Assembly (NCBI GenBank): GCA_965242865.1
Contig: CBDETK010000013.1
Coordinates: 2,656,001-2,720,000 of the forward strand
Origin: Candidatus Latescibacterota bacterium
Lineage (GTDB): Bacteria > Latescibacterota > UBA2968 > UBA8231
Reading direction: 5' to 3'
Length of the DNA stretch: 64,000 nucleotides
Part shown: positions 40,534 to 48,948 of the stretch, in pieces
Layout of the letters: every line of letters starts with the position of its first letter
Numbering within the stretch: position 1 is the first letter of the stretch
Translations under genes and position numbers: made by a program
The notes under the pieces: model-generated
Database searches by the model: none
The model's input: the letters and a program-made list of their open reading frames with translations, nothing else
Told to the model about the DNA's origin: nothing

Positions 40534-42200
40534 CGGCGCAGCTTGGCCAAGCGCTGTTGGATGGCCGTGGCCATGGCGGGCCGCTGGCGCACGACCGCGT
40601 CAAAGTGGGGCTTGGCCTCGGCCGAGCGGCCCAGCATCTCCAGCACCAATCCCAAGTTGAAGTGGGCCTCGGCAAAATCGGGGTTGCTCTGCAAGGCCCG
40701 TTCAAAGTGGACGACGGCGCGCTCCCATTGGCGGCCTTGGGCCAGTGCAATGCCAAAGTTCACGTGCGCCTCCGGGTACTCCGGGTTGTATGCCAGTGCC
40801 CGCTCAAAATGCGCCAGTGCCGATGGACGCTGGCCGGAGCGCATGTAGAACATGGCCAAGGTGTGGTGGGTATCCCAGTCTCGGGGATCGGCTTCGAGCA
40901 GCTTTTCGTAGCCGTCGATTTCCTGCTCCAGCCACTTGCGGTAGAAGTCGCGGCGGAGCCGCTCTAGATCTTCGGGGCGGCGCGGCAAAAGCTGCAGCGT
41001 TAGGTCGCCCATCTCGTCAGTTGAGTGCAGCCCATAGCGCACTCGCACGGGGGGGGCGTGGGGTTGGCGGGGGTTTTGCGCGGAATTGTCGTACGCGTAT
41101 TCCATGACCAGCGTCGAGCCAGCCGGCAAAAAGACCGGCGGAGAAAATCGGTAGTCGTCCTGCCAGCTAAAGTCCCAGTCCTCAATCCATATAAGCCACT
41201 CCCGCTCTTGGTTGGGCAGCTCGGCGTACGCTTGGATTTCCCGGCCGAGATAATGGGCGTGCGGGTAGATGGTCAGGACCTCGACGTCCACGGGCAGCCG
41301 GTACGAATCGCGGATCCAATAGTCGTGCGCACCAGCCGGTATATCTAGGTCCTTGCGGCCCAAGCGCAGCATGGCCGGGCGTCTCTTCGGCGGCCCAGCG
41401 GCAAAGAACAAGCCGACGCGCGCCTCAATGGACTCCTCCTTGCCGGTCGGCAACAGGTGCAACTGCAGCAGCAAATCCGTGCCCGGATCGAGCCGCCAAG
41501 CCAAGCTGTCGCTGCCCGGGTAGGGGGTCTTGCCCTGGGTCCAGCCGAGAAAGTGCCCGTCGGCGTCCTCGGCCTCGCCAAAGCTCATGCCGTCAAAGCC
41601 CGGGACGCCATCGCGCCCGTCGCGCCGCCGCGCCGCGCCGCTGCGGTCGATCATCATGGTGGCGTGGTGGACGATGCGCGCATTGCCCGGCCTAAACTCT
41701 AGGGCCTTGACGTAGCGAGTGGAGTCAACGGGCAGAGGGATGGCAAAGTTGCGAAAGACGTCTGGGCCGTCGGCCCGCAGGGTGTAGGCCGAGGGCATGG
41801 CGGCGATCAAATCGGGCTGGCCCAGCTCCCACTCGCCCTCCCACTGGGGCTGCGGAGGCCGGTCGGCCAAATGGCCCTCCTGCTTGCCGTGGTCAACCCA
41901 GCGGCGGATCGCGGCAATCTGCTCGGCGCTCAACCCGCGCTCGTCAGCAAAGCGACCATAGCCGCGCTTGGGCTTCCACGGCGGCATGTAGCGGCTCTCG
42001 GTGACAACGGCGATTTGCTCGGCGCGGGCGCGTACATCCGCATAGCCGAGCAAGTCAAAGGGGGCCGGCCCGGCCGGCCGGTGGCAGGGGGCGCAGTGCT
42101 GAAAGACTATTGGCGCAATGTCGCGGTTGAAGGTCGGGATTTCCTCGCCGCCACTGCATCCCAAACAGGCCAAGAACAGCCAAGAGCGCGAGCGCGTCAT
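40530..42200 (-). CDS. CxxCH + copper type II monooxygenase-like + TPR protein
   Basis: PTFNRDIAPIVFQHCAPCH, VHHA, LQLH, PHAH, DEM, and C-terminal TPR repeats. Confidence 0.8.
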   Translation of the reverse strand: MTRSRSWLFLACLGCSGGEEIPTFNRDIAPIVFQHCAPCHRPAGPAPFDLLGYADVRARAEQIAVVTESRYMPPWKPKRGYGRFADERGLSAEQIAAIRRWVDHGKQEGHLADRPPQPQWEGEWELGQPDLIAAMPSAYTLRADGPDVFRNFAIPLPVDSTRYVKALEFRPGNARIVHHATMMIDRSGAARRRDGRDGVPGFDGMSFGEAEDADGHFLGWTQGKTPYPGSDSLAWRLDPGTDLLLQLHLLPTGKEESIEARVGLFFAAGPPKRRPAMLRLGRKDLDIPAGAHDYWIRDSYRLPVDVEVLTIYPHAHYLGREIQAYAELPNQEREWLIWIEDWDFSWQDDYRFSPPVFLPAGSTLVMEYAYDNSAQNPRQPHAPPVRVRYGLHSTDEMGDLTLQLLPRRPEDLERLRRDFYRKWLEQEIDGYEKLLEADPRDWDTHHTLAMFYMRSGQRPSALAHFERALAYNPEYPEAHVNFGIALAQGRQWERAVVHFERALQSNPDFAEAHFNLGLVLEMLGRSAEAKPHFDAVVRQRPAMATAIQQRLAKLRR

Positions 42201-42730
42201 TGCAGGTCCGCGATAAAGCAGCCAATCGCCTCGGTCGCGCTCGGGTCTGGGGAGCGTCCAGCGAGGGCGGCCTCTAGGGCGTTGGCGAGGTCGTGCCGGG
42301 TCGGCTGGGGGCGCACTTGGTCGAAGGCGGCGTAGCGGTCGTCAATGCGGCCCCGATAGAGGATGTTGCCGCGCCCACCCAACACCACGGCTTCTGGGGT
42401 CGCGGTCGCGCCGACTCTTTTGACGAGGGCGTGCTGCACATCCCGCAGGGCGCGGCCCGGCAAGCCGTATTCCCGGCCGTGGCGGCGGATGGCATCCGCA
42501 TCTTCGCCGCGGTCGGGGTAAATCAAGTAGAACGCAACGCCTTGCGGCTCGAAGCGGGCGTGGAGCCGGGCGATGGTTGGGGCGTAGCGGTTGGAGATGG
42601 GGCAATCGGTCTGGACGAAGAGCAACACCGCCACGGAATCGCGGTTGACAAAGGGATCGACCGAATGGCCGGCCAAGTCGAGGGCTTGGGGGGGATCGGC
42701 GCGGCACCCCAGCAGCACAGAGGCGAGCAT
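42197..42730 (-). CDS. Redoxin (AhpC/TSA-like) domain lipoprotein
   Basis: TDCPISNRY, ATATPEA, YRGRIDD, AIGCFI. Start uncertain. Confidence 0.82.
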   Translation of the reverse strand: MLASVLLGCRADPPQALDLAGHSVDPFVNRDSVAVLLFVQTDCPISNRYAPTIARLHARFEPQGVAFYLIYPDRGEDADAIRRHGREYGLPGRALRDVQHALVKRVGATATPEAVVLGGRGNILYRGRIDDRYAAFDQVRPQPTRHDLANALEAALAGRSPDPSATEAIGCFIADLQ

Positions 42731-42910
42731 CGCTAAGAAAGTACACGACAGTACCGGCCTGCCTTCCACGGATCGAGGGCATCTTGCCCTCGCTCTCAGA
42801 TGCAGCGGGAACCGCAGAAAAGGCGGATTTAACGCAGGGGGCGTGTACCTAGCTAAGACCATGCAAAAAGAAAACGGATATTGGACGCCGTCGGCAAGAT
42901 GGCTACGCAG

Positions 42911-42939
42911 GGAATGCCTTTGGCCCTTACATTGTCTAA
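42911..42939 (+). promoter_or_regulatory. ECF sigma promoter 1 (autoregulatory)
   Basis: GGAAT-N18-GTCTAA, 4 nt before the sigma ATG. Confidence 0.7.
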
Positions 42940-42943
42940 CAGT

Positions 42944-43510
42944 ATGTCCGAGCAAGCGGGCACAGACCGCGCCCTAATCGACCAAGTGCGCGCTGGCGAC
43001 GAAGCGGCCTTGCGCACCCTGATTGAACGCTATGAGCCTCAAGTAGCGGCCACCGTCGTGGGCATGCTGGGGCCGGGCGACGAGGCCGACGATGTGGGGC
43101 AAGAGACCTTTGTCCGGTTCTACCAATCGCTGGATGCGTTTCGCGGCGACGCAGTGCTGGGAACCTATTTGACCCGCATTGCCATCAATCTCTCGCACAA
43201 CGCGCTCGCCCAGCGCAAGCGGCGGCGCGGGCGGTTCTGGAGCCGCGACCACGAGCAAGCGCCGCCCGAGCCGAGCGTCGATGGCCGCGACGAACAAACC
43301 AAGCGCGAGCGAGCGCAAGCCGTGCAGGCGGCCCTCGCCCAGCTCAAGCCGGCCTTTCGGGCCGTGGTGGTGCTGCGGATGATGGAGGGCTACTCAACCA
43401 AGGAGACGGCCGCGCTGTTGGCCATCGCCGAGGGCACGGTGCTCTCGCGGCTTGCGCGCGGCATGAAACAACTGGCGACCATCCTCAACCCCGAGGATTT
43501 ATATGACTGA
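42944..43510 (+). CDS. ECF sigma factor
   Basis: GDEAA, ADDVGQETF, YLTRIAIN, region 4 GYSTKETA..L.IAEGTVLSRL. Confidence 0.93.
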   Translation: MSEQAGTDRALIDQVRAGDEAALRTLIERYEPQVAATVVGMLGPGDEADDVGQETFVRFYQSLDAFRGDAVLGTYLTRIAINLSHNALAQRKRRRGRFWSRDHEQAPPEPSVDGRDEQTKRERAQAVQAALAQLKPAFRAVVVLRMMEGYSTKETAALLAIAEGTVLSRLARGMKQLATILNPEDLYD

Positions 43511-43910
43511 CAGCTATCGCAGCGAAATGCTAAGGGCGCTGGCCGGCGAATTAACCGCGCAAGAACGCACGGCCTTTGAGCGCGCCCTCGCGACGGACGA
43601 CGCGCTCCGCGCCGACTGGGAGCACCTGCAAAAAGTCAGCGACCTTTTGCAGGAGAGCCGCGCGGACTCGTTCCGGCCGTTCTTTGCCGCCCGCGCCGTG
43701 CAGCGCATCAAACGCCGCGAGGAAAGCCTAACCGATGCGCTCGTGTGGCTCTTCCGCCCGCTCGCCCCGGTCGTTTTAGCGGTCGTCGCCTTTTTGGCCC
43801 TGAGCAACTGGAACGAGCGCGAGCTCGTGGGCGACGACGCCTCGTTCCTCGCCGCGATTTTCACCACCGTGCCGGCCACACCCCAAGCGGCTTACGTAAT
43901 GGACTTATGA
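43503..43910 (+). CDS. Putative anti-sigma factor (single TM)
   Basis: GELTAQERTAFE, FRPFF, one TM segment. Overlaps the sigma stop. Confidence 0.7.
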   Translation: MTDSYRSEMLRALAGELTAQERTAFERALATDDALRADWEHLQKVSDLLQESRADSFRPFFAARAVQRIKRREESLTDALVWLFRPLAPVVLAVVAFLALSNWNERELVGDDASFLAAIFTTVPATPQAAYVMDL

Positions 43911-43911
43911 C

Positions 43912-44316
43912 ATGCGACAGAGGACCAAGGGCGCACTCATTCTCTTTAGCACCCTGCTCATCGGCGTTCTAATAGGGGCCTTGCTCTCCGGGTGGTTTGT
44001 CCGCGACCGCCTGCGGCCCATTCCGCATCCCCGCCACTTCGCCCGCAGCACCGAGCGGCTGATCGCGCCGCAAGACGAAGAGCAACGCCGAGCCGTGCGA
44101 GCCGTGCTGCGGCGCTACGCCACCCAACTCCGCGCCCTCGACGCCGAGCATCGGGAGGCCCTAAAGGAGCAGCTAGCGGCGGCGCGGGCCGAGCTGGCCC
44201 CGTTGTTGTCGGCGGACCAACTGCAGCGGCTGGATCGGCGGCAGCGGCGGTTCGGGGAGCTGATGGGGCCTTGGCGCGAGCGGCACAAAAAAATGAAACC
44301 GCGTGGGAATGAATAG
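43912..44316 (+). CDS. Periplasmic heavy-metal-sensor/Spy-like accessory protein
   Basis: N-terminal TM (LLIGVLIGALLSG), helical body, LSADQ motif. Confidence 0.65.
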   Translation: MRQRTKGALILFSTLLIGVLIGALLSGWFVRDRLRPIPHPRHFARSTERLIAPQDEEQRRAVRAVLRRYATQLRALDAEHREALKEQLAAARAELAPLLSADQLQRLDRRQRRFGELMGPWRERHKKMKPRGNE

Positions 44317-44334
44317 CATCCATCGGTGGTCTAA
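44306..44334 (+). promoter_or_regulatory. ECF sigma promoter 2
   Basis: GGAAT-N18-GTCTAA, followed by TGGGGCA. Confidence 0.7.
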
Positions 44335-44421
44335 TGGGGCAAGAGAAGAGAAATGGCCATTCTCAACGAGCCGCCCCTAGCGGCGACTACCCCAACGAAC
44401 CACCAACGCGGAGAACGCAAC

Positions 44422-45003
44422 ATGAAAAAGAACTGGATCATCTCAGCCGGTGTCGCGCTGGCCCTCGGTGCGCTGGCCACCGTGGCTGTCGCCGAGCGCG
44501 GGGGCAAGCAGCCCGCGCTGAGGATGCTGAACCGTCTCGACCTGACCGCCGAGCAGCAGGAGCAGTTGCAGGAGTTGCGCGACGCCATGCACGCACAGCG
44601 CGAGACCATGGCCGCAGTGAACGAGGAGTACCGCGAAGCACTGATGAACATTTTGACCGACCAGCAGCGGGAGGCCCTGAAAGAAATGCGCGGCCGGCGC
44701 GGCTGGGCGGGCAAGGGTCGGCACGACAGGGACCACGACATGCGGCACGACATGCGGCGCGGTGACAGGGATCGCGACATGCGGCGCGGCGGCCCAGGTG
44801 CGTTTTCAAGGTTGGATTTGACCGCCGAGCAGCGCGAGCAGCTCAAGGCATTGCGCCAAGAGCAGCGCGCGGAAAGGCGCGCAACGCGCCAAAAGCACCG
44901 CACGGCCTTGGAAAGCGTCTTGACCGACCAACAGCGCGAAAGGCTCGAACTGCTCAAGGACGAGGCGTTTTACGGCGGCAAACGCTGGCGCGGCAAGCGG
45001 TAA
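44422..45003 (+). CDS. Spy/CpxP-family periplasmic protein (LTxxQ motifs)
   Basis: Signal peptide, four LTAEQ/LTDQQ motifs, His/Met/Arg/Asp repeat linker. GGAGA RBS. Confidence 0.85.
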   Translation: MKKNWIISAGVALALGALATVAVAERGGKQPALRMLNRLDLTAEQQEQLQELRDAMHAQRETMAAVNEEYREALMNILTDQQREALKEMRGRRGWAGKGRHDRDHDMRHDMRRGDRDRDMRRGGPGAFSRLDLTAEQREQLKALRQEQRAERRATRQKHRTALESVLTDQQRERLELLKDEAFYGGKRWRGKR

Positions 45004-45027
45004 GCACCGTTCCTACGTTCTTTTGCG

Positions 45028-45059
45028 ACGCGGAGCAGCTAGTCTGCTCCGCGTTTTTT
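45028..45059 (+). terminator. Rho-independent terminator
   Basis: ACGCGGAGCAG-CTAGT-CTGCTCCGCGT followed by TTTTT. Confidence 0.85.
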
Positions 45060-45113
45060 ATGCTCTGGCCGAGGCCAAGCGCGGCGATCGCAAACAAAAC
45101 CTTAAAAAAAGCG

Positions 45114-45142
45114 GGAAATGAATCGCAGGGTCGGTCGTCTAA
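45114..45142 (+). promoter_or_regulatory. ECF sigma promoter 3
   Basis: GGAAA-N18-GTCTAA, followed by TGGGGCA. Confidence 0.7.
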
Positions 45143-45182
45143 TGGGGCATCCCCAATCACCACTCAATTGCGGAGAGAGACC

Positions 45183-45509
45183 ATGAAAAGGAAACCGATC
45201 GTCCTAGCGGGCGTCGCGCTGGCCCTTGGGGCCCTCGTCGCCGTGGCAGTGACCGCGCACGAGGAGCACAGCTCACTCTTCTTAGGGCATCTCGGCCTGA
45301 CCGACGAGCAGCAGGAGCAGTTGCAAGCATTGCGCAAGCAGCACGAGGAAGCCATGCTCGCGCAGCACGAGACCATGGCCGCCATGCGCGAGGAGTTCCG
45401 CGAAGCCGCGAGCGAAATGTTGACCGAGGAGCAGCGGGCTACCCTAGGGCCGCATCTAGCGATGTGGACATACACATTCCCGCGCAAGCGGGAATCCAGC
45501 CTCGAATGA
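45183..45509 (+). CDS. Short Spy/CpxP paralogue whose C-terminus is supplied by a repeat element
   Basis: LTDEQ and LTEEQ motifs, DNA similar to the 44422 gene, ends FPRKRESSLE*. Confidence 0.65.
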   Translation: MKRKPIVLAGVALALGALVAVAVTAHEEHSSLFLGHLGLTDEQQEQLQALRKQHEEAMLAQHETMAAMREEFREAASEMLTEEQRATLGPHLAMWTYTFPRKRESSLE

Positions 45510-45524
45510 TGTAGGATTGCTATA
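45475..45524. mobile_element. MITE-like element, copy 2 (core and right end)
   Basis: CATTCCCGCGCAAGCGGGAATCCAGCCTCGAATGATGTAGGATTGCTATA. Confidence 0.6.
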
Positions 45525-45620
45525 TGACGGCCAGTACCCGATTTGGCAGCCCCCCCTTTTTCTAAGTACCTTTAGCCATCCGCTACCAACTTTTCACACG
45601 ACACCTCCTACGAGCTCCTT

Positions 45621-46463
45621 ATGATAATTGACTCGCATACCCACGCTTGGGAATACTGGCCCTACGAGCCGCCCGTGCCCGATCACAACAGCCGCGGCCG
45701 GGCCGAGCAACTGCTGTGGGAAATGGACCGCAACGGGGTCGATAAGGCCGTGCTGGTCTGCGCTCGCATTGAGCACAATCCCCACAACAACGATTACGTC
45801 GCCGAACAAGTCCGCGCCCAGCCAGATCGCTTGGTGCAATTCGCCGACGTGGATTGCTCGTGGTCGGCAGAATACCACACCCCGGGCGCGGCCGAGCGGC
45901 TCAAAGCGGCCGCGGCACAGTACCAGCTCAAGGGCTATACTCATTACGTAAAGGGCGATACCGAGTGGTTCGCGTCCGCCGACGGGCTTGCGTTTTTCAG
46001 CGCGACAGCCGACCTGAACCTGATCGCCAGCCTAGCCTTGGGGCCGCAGTGGCAGCCGGCACTGCGCGATCTGGCGCGGCGCTTTCCAGCGGTGACCTTT
46101 CTCTGTCACCACATGGCCGGCGCCAATGCGCACGAGGAAGCACCGCACCCCAACCTACAAGAGATTCTGCGCTCGGCCGAGGTGCCCAACATCTACATCA
46201 AGCTCTCGGGCTTTCACTACGCTTCGCACGTTTCGTGGGATTACCCCTACTCGGATACGCACCACATCGTGCGCCAGCTATACGAGCACTTCGGCCCCCA
46301 GCGGCTGTGCTGGGGCTCGGATTACCCGGTCGTGCGCTTCAACATGACCTACCAGCACGCGCTCGAGGCCTTCCGCACGCACTGCACCTTCATACCAGAC
46401 GAACACAAGCGCCTGATCTTGGGCCAGAACTTGGCCGACCTGCTCGACCGAGCCGGCCCTTGA
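45621..46463 (+). CDS. Amidohydrolase_2 family protein
   Basis: IIDSHTH, CHHMA, YIKLSG, WGSDYP. Confidence 0.9.
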   Translation: MIIDSHTHAWEYWPYEPPVPDHNSRGRAEQLLWEMDRNGVDKAVLVCARIEHNPHNNDYVAEQVRAQPDRLVQFADVDCSWSAEYHTPGAAERLKAAAAQYQLKGYTHYVKGDTEWFASADGLAFFSATADLNLIASLALGPQWQPALRDLARRFPAVTFLCHHMAGANAHEEAPHPNLQEILRSAEVPNIYIKLSGFHYASHVSWDYPYSDTHHIVRQLYEHFGPQRLCWGSDYPVVRFNMTYQHALEAFRTHCTFIPDEHKRLILGQNLADLLDRAGP

Positions 46464-46481
46464 TCGCTTTGGCCGAGGATC

Positions 46482-47882
46482 ATGCTACCGCCCGCATACC
46501 CCAAGCGCATAAGCTGCACAATTCGCCGCTACTTGCTCCTATCCTCAATTCTCGTCGGCTGTAGTTCCGGCGGCCCGGGGCCGGTCCAGACGACCGGGCA
46601 CGAGGCCGATTCGACTTGGGACCTCATCCAAACGAAAATTTTCGCCGGCCAATGCGTTAGCTGTCACACGGCCGGGGCCTCGTTTGGCCGTCAGTCCGGG
46701 CTCGTGCTCACGCCAGACGTGGCCTACGAACAGCTCGTGGGGGCCGCGCCGACGAATGCGGCCGCGCGGGCCGATGGGCTGCTGCGGGTCAGCGACCTCG
46801 GGCAGGGCATGCCCGGCCTGCTCAAGAGCTATTTGTGGGAGAAGATCAACGCGCCCGACCAGCAGCACTTCTATGGCGACCATCCCTACTACGGGGAAAT
46901 AATGCCCTTTGGCGGCAAGCCCCTGACCAACGGCGAGTTGGCCTTTATCCGCGCTTGGATCGAAGCGGGCGCACCGGCGACCGGCCACGTGGCCGACGTA
47001 GCCCTCTTGGAGGACGAGTCGCGCTACGAGGTGCCGGAGTTCAAGCCCTTGGCCGCGCCGGAAAACGGCGTCCAACTACACTTGCCGCCTTTTGAGATCC
47101 AGCCCAATTCCGAGCGCGAGATCTTTGTAGTCCATCCGCTGAACAACCCAGACGATGTATTCCTAGAGCGCGTCCAGATCGCGATGAAGGCCGGCTCGCA
47201 CCACTTCCTACTCTACACCTTTGAGGACGACACCCCCCCTGCGATCCTACCGGAACCCTACGAATACCGCGACTTGCACGACGGCACTGGCCAGTACGTC
47301 TTTGAAACCTTGCGGACGCAATTCTACCACCTGCCAATCGCCGGCAGCCAGTGGCCTTTCTTCGATTTTTCCCTGCCGCCCGGCGTGGCGATGCGGCTGC
47401 CCAAAAACACCCTGCTCGATCTCAACTCGCACTATGTCAATCGCACCAGTCAGCCCGTCACCGGCGAGGTTTATACCAACTTGCACTTTGCCGACCCAGC
47501 CGAGGTAGAGCACGAGGCCCGGCTCCTTTCTTTGAACAATTTTTCGATTGCCCTGCCGGCCGAGAAGGTAACGACCTTAGCGAAGGATTTTATCTTTTCC
47601 GAGCGGACCCACATCGTGCAGCTCGTCTCGCACGCTCATCGGCTCATGGTAGAATTTCGGGTCGAAATGATTGGGGGAGCGCGCGACGGCGAACTGATTT
47701 ACGTCGCGTACGACTGGGAACACCCGCCAATTCTGCGGTTCGACCCGCCGCTCGTCCTAGAGCGCGGGGAGGGCTTCAGACTAGAAACGACCTATGACAA
47801 CTGGACCGACCAAGAGGTCAATTTCGGTTTGTTGTCAACGGACGAGATGATGATTCTCTTTGGGATGTACTACGAGGAATAA
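46482..47882 (+). CDS. CxxCH + copper type II monooxygenase-like lipoprotein
   Basis: LVGC lipobox, CVSCH, SHHF, LNSHY, SHAH, DWEHP, DEM. Confidence 0.75.
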   Translation: MLPPAYPKRISCTIRRYLLLSSILVGCSSGGPGPVQTTGHEADSTWDLIQTKIFAGQCVSCHTAGASFGRQSGLVLTPDVAYEQLVGAAPTNAAARADGLLRVSDLGQGMPGLLKSYLWEKINAPDQQHFYGDHPYYGEIMPFGGKPLTNGELAFIRAWIEAGAPATGHVADVALLEDESRYEVPEFKPLAAPENGVQLHLPPFEIQPNSEREIFVVHPLNNPDDVFLERVQIAMKAGSHHFLLYTFEDDTPPAILPEPYEYRDLHDGTGQYVFETLRTQFYHLPIAGSQWPFFDFSLPPGVAMRLPKNTLLDLNSHYVNRTSQPVTGEVYTNLHFADPAEVEHEARLLSLNNFSIALPAEKVTTLAKDFIFSERTHIVQLVSHAHRLMVEFRVEMIGGARDGELIYVAYDWEHPPILRFDPPLVLERGEGFRLETTYDNWTDQEVNFGLLSTDEMMILFGMYYEE

Positions 47883-48031
47883 CGCCGAGAGGGGCGCGTA
47901 CAGGGCGTGGGGCGTTTGACTTTCTGCTTGAAAATATCTTGAATACCGAATTGCTCTCAGCGCAACTACGCGCCGGGTAGCCCAAAGGACTGTCGAACCA
48001 AAACAGCTAGCTAAAAGGAGGATTGAGTTCC

Positions 48032-48868
48032 ATGGACGAGTCGAGAAGCGATGCGAGATATACGATGGGGCGCACCGAGGGGGAGGAGGAGCGTCTGATT
48101 CAGCAGTCGCGGCTATACGACGCGGTGACGCGGCGTTTTTTTAAGGAGGCGGGCCTCAGCAGCGGGATGAAGGTGCTCGACATTGGCAGCGGCGCCGGGG
48201 ATGTGGCCCTGACTGCGGCCGAGTTGGTCGGCCCCGAAGGAAGCGTCGTGGGCGTGGATGTAAATCCGGCGATTCTCGAGACCGCGCAGGCACGGGCGCA
48301 GGGCGCGGGATATACCAACGTCGAATTCATCGCCGGGGACGCCCGGACCTTGGACTTGGGCAACGACTTTGACGCCCTGATCGGCCGGCTGGTCCTCATG
48401 TACATGGCCGATCCCGCCGACGCCCTAAAGCAGCTAGCGACGCGCCTGCGCCCGGGGGGGATCGTGGCCTTTCAGGAAGCGGATTTTATCTTCTATCGGC
48501 AGATGTATCGGTCAGAGACGCTGCTGGCAAACGAGCTGATTGATTGGGCTATCCAAGCGTTTGAGCGTTCTGGGGCGCACAGCGACATGGGGTTCGGCCT
48601 GTACCGCGCATTCGTCGAGGCGGGGCTGCCCGAGCCGTACATGCACTTTGAGGCACCGGTCGGCGGGCCGGAGGATTGGGCTGGCTACCAATTCGTCGCC
48701 GACAGCTTTCGCAGCATGCTCCCACTCATAGAAGAGTACGGGATTGCCACGGCAGAGGAAGTCGATGTAGATACCCTAGCCGAGCGGGTGCGGCGCGAAG
48801 TGGTGACGACCAAACGCCCGGTGGCCTTAGTGCCCCATGTAACGGCTTGGGCGCAGCTTGCGAGCTAA
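48032..48868 (+). CDS. Class I SAM-dependent methyltransferase
   Basis: VLDIGSGAGDV, GVD, LRPGG. AAGGAGG RBS. Confidence 0.92.
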   Translation: MDESRSDARYTMGRTEGEEERLIQQSRLYDAVTRRFFKEAGLSSGMKVLDIGSGAGDVALTAAELVGPEGSVVGVDVNPAILETAQARAQGAGYTNVEFIAGDARTLDLGNDFDALIGRLVLMYMADPADALKQLATRLRPGGIVAFQEADFIFYRQMYRSETLLANELIDWAIQAFERSGAHSDMGFGLYRAFVEAGLPEPYMHFEAPVGGPEDWAGYQFVADSFRSMLPLIEEYGIATAEEVDVDTLAERVRREVVTTKRPVALVPHVTAWAQLAS

Positions 48869-48898
48869 CAAATCGGGCCATCTCGCATCGCCGCTCGC

Positions 48899-48948
48899 TC
48901 CGTAAGTTTGCATTGTTTTTTTACGGTTGTTCCGTAAATTTGCAATGT
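48899..48948 (+). promoter_or_regulatory. Direct-repeat operator/promoter of the third DUF4143 gene
   Basis: TCCGTAAGTTTGCATTGT (48899) and TCCGTAAATTTGCAATGT (48931), 32-bp period. Confidence 0.55.

Noticed and set aside
47883-48031. SAM/SAH riboswitch upstream of the methyltransferase
   Set aside because: No recognisable consensus elements; an Rfam search would be needed to exclude it fully.
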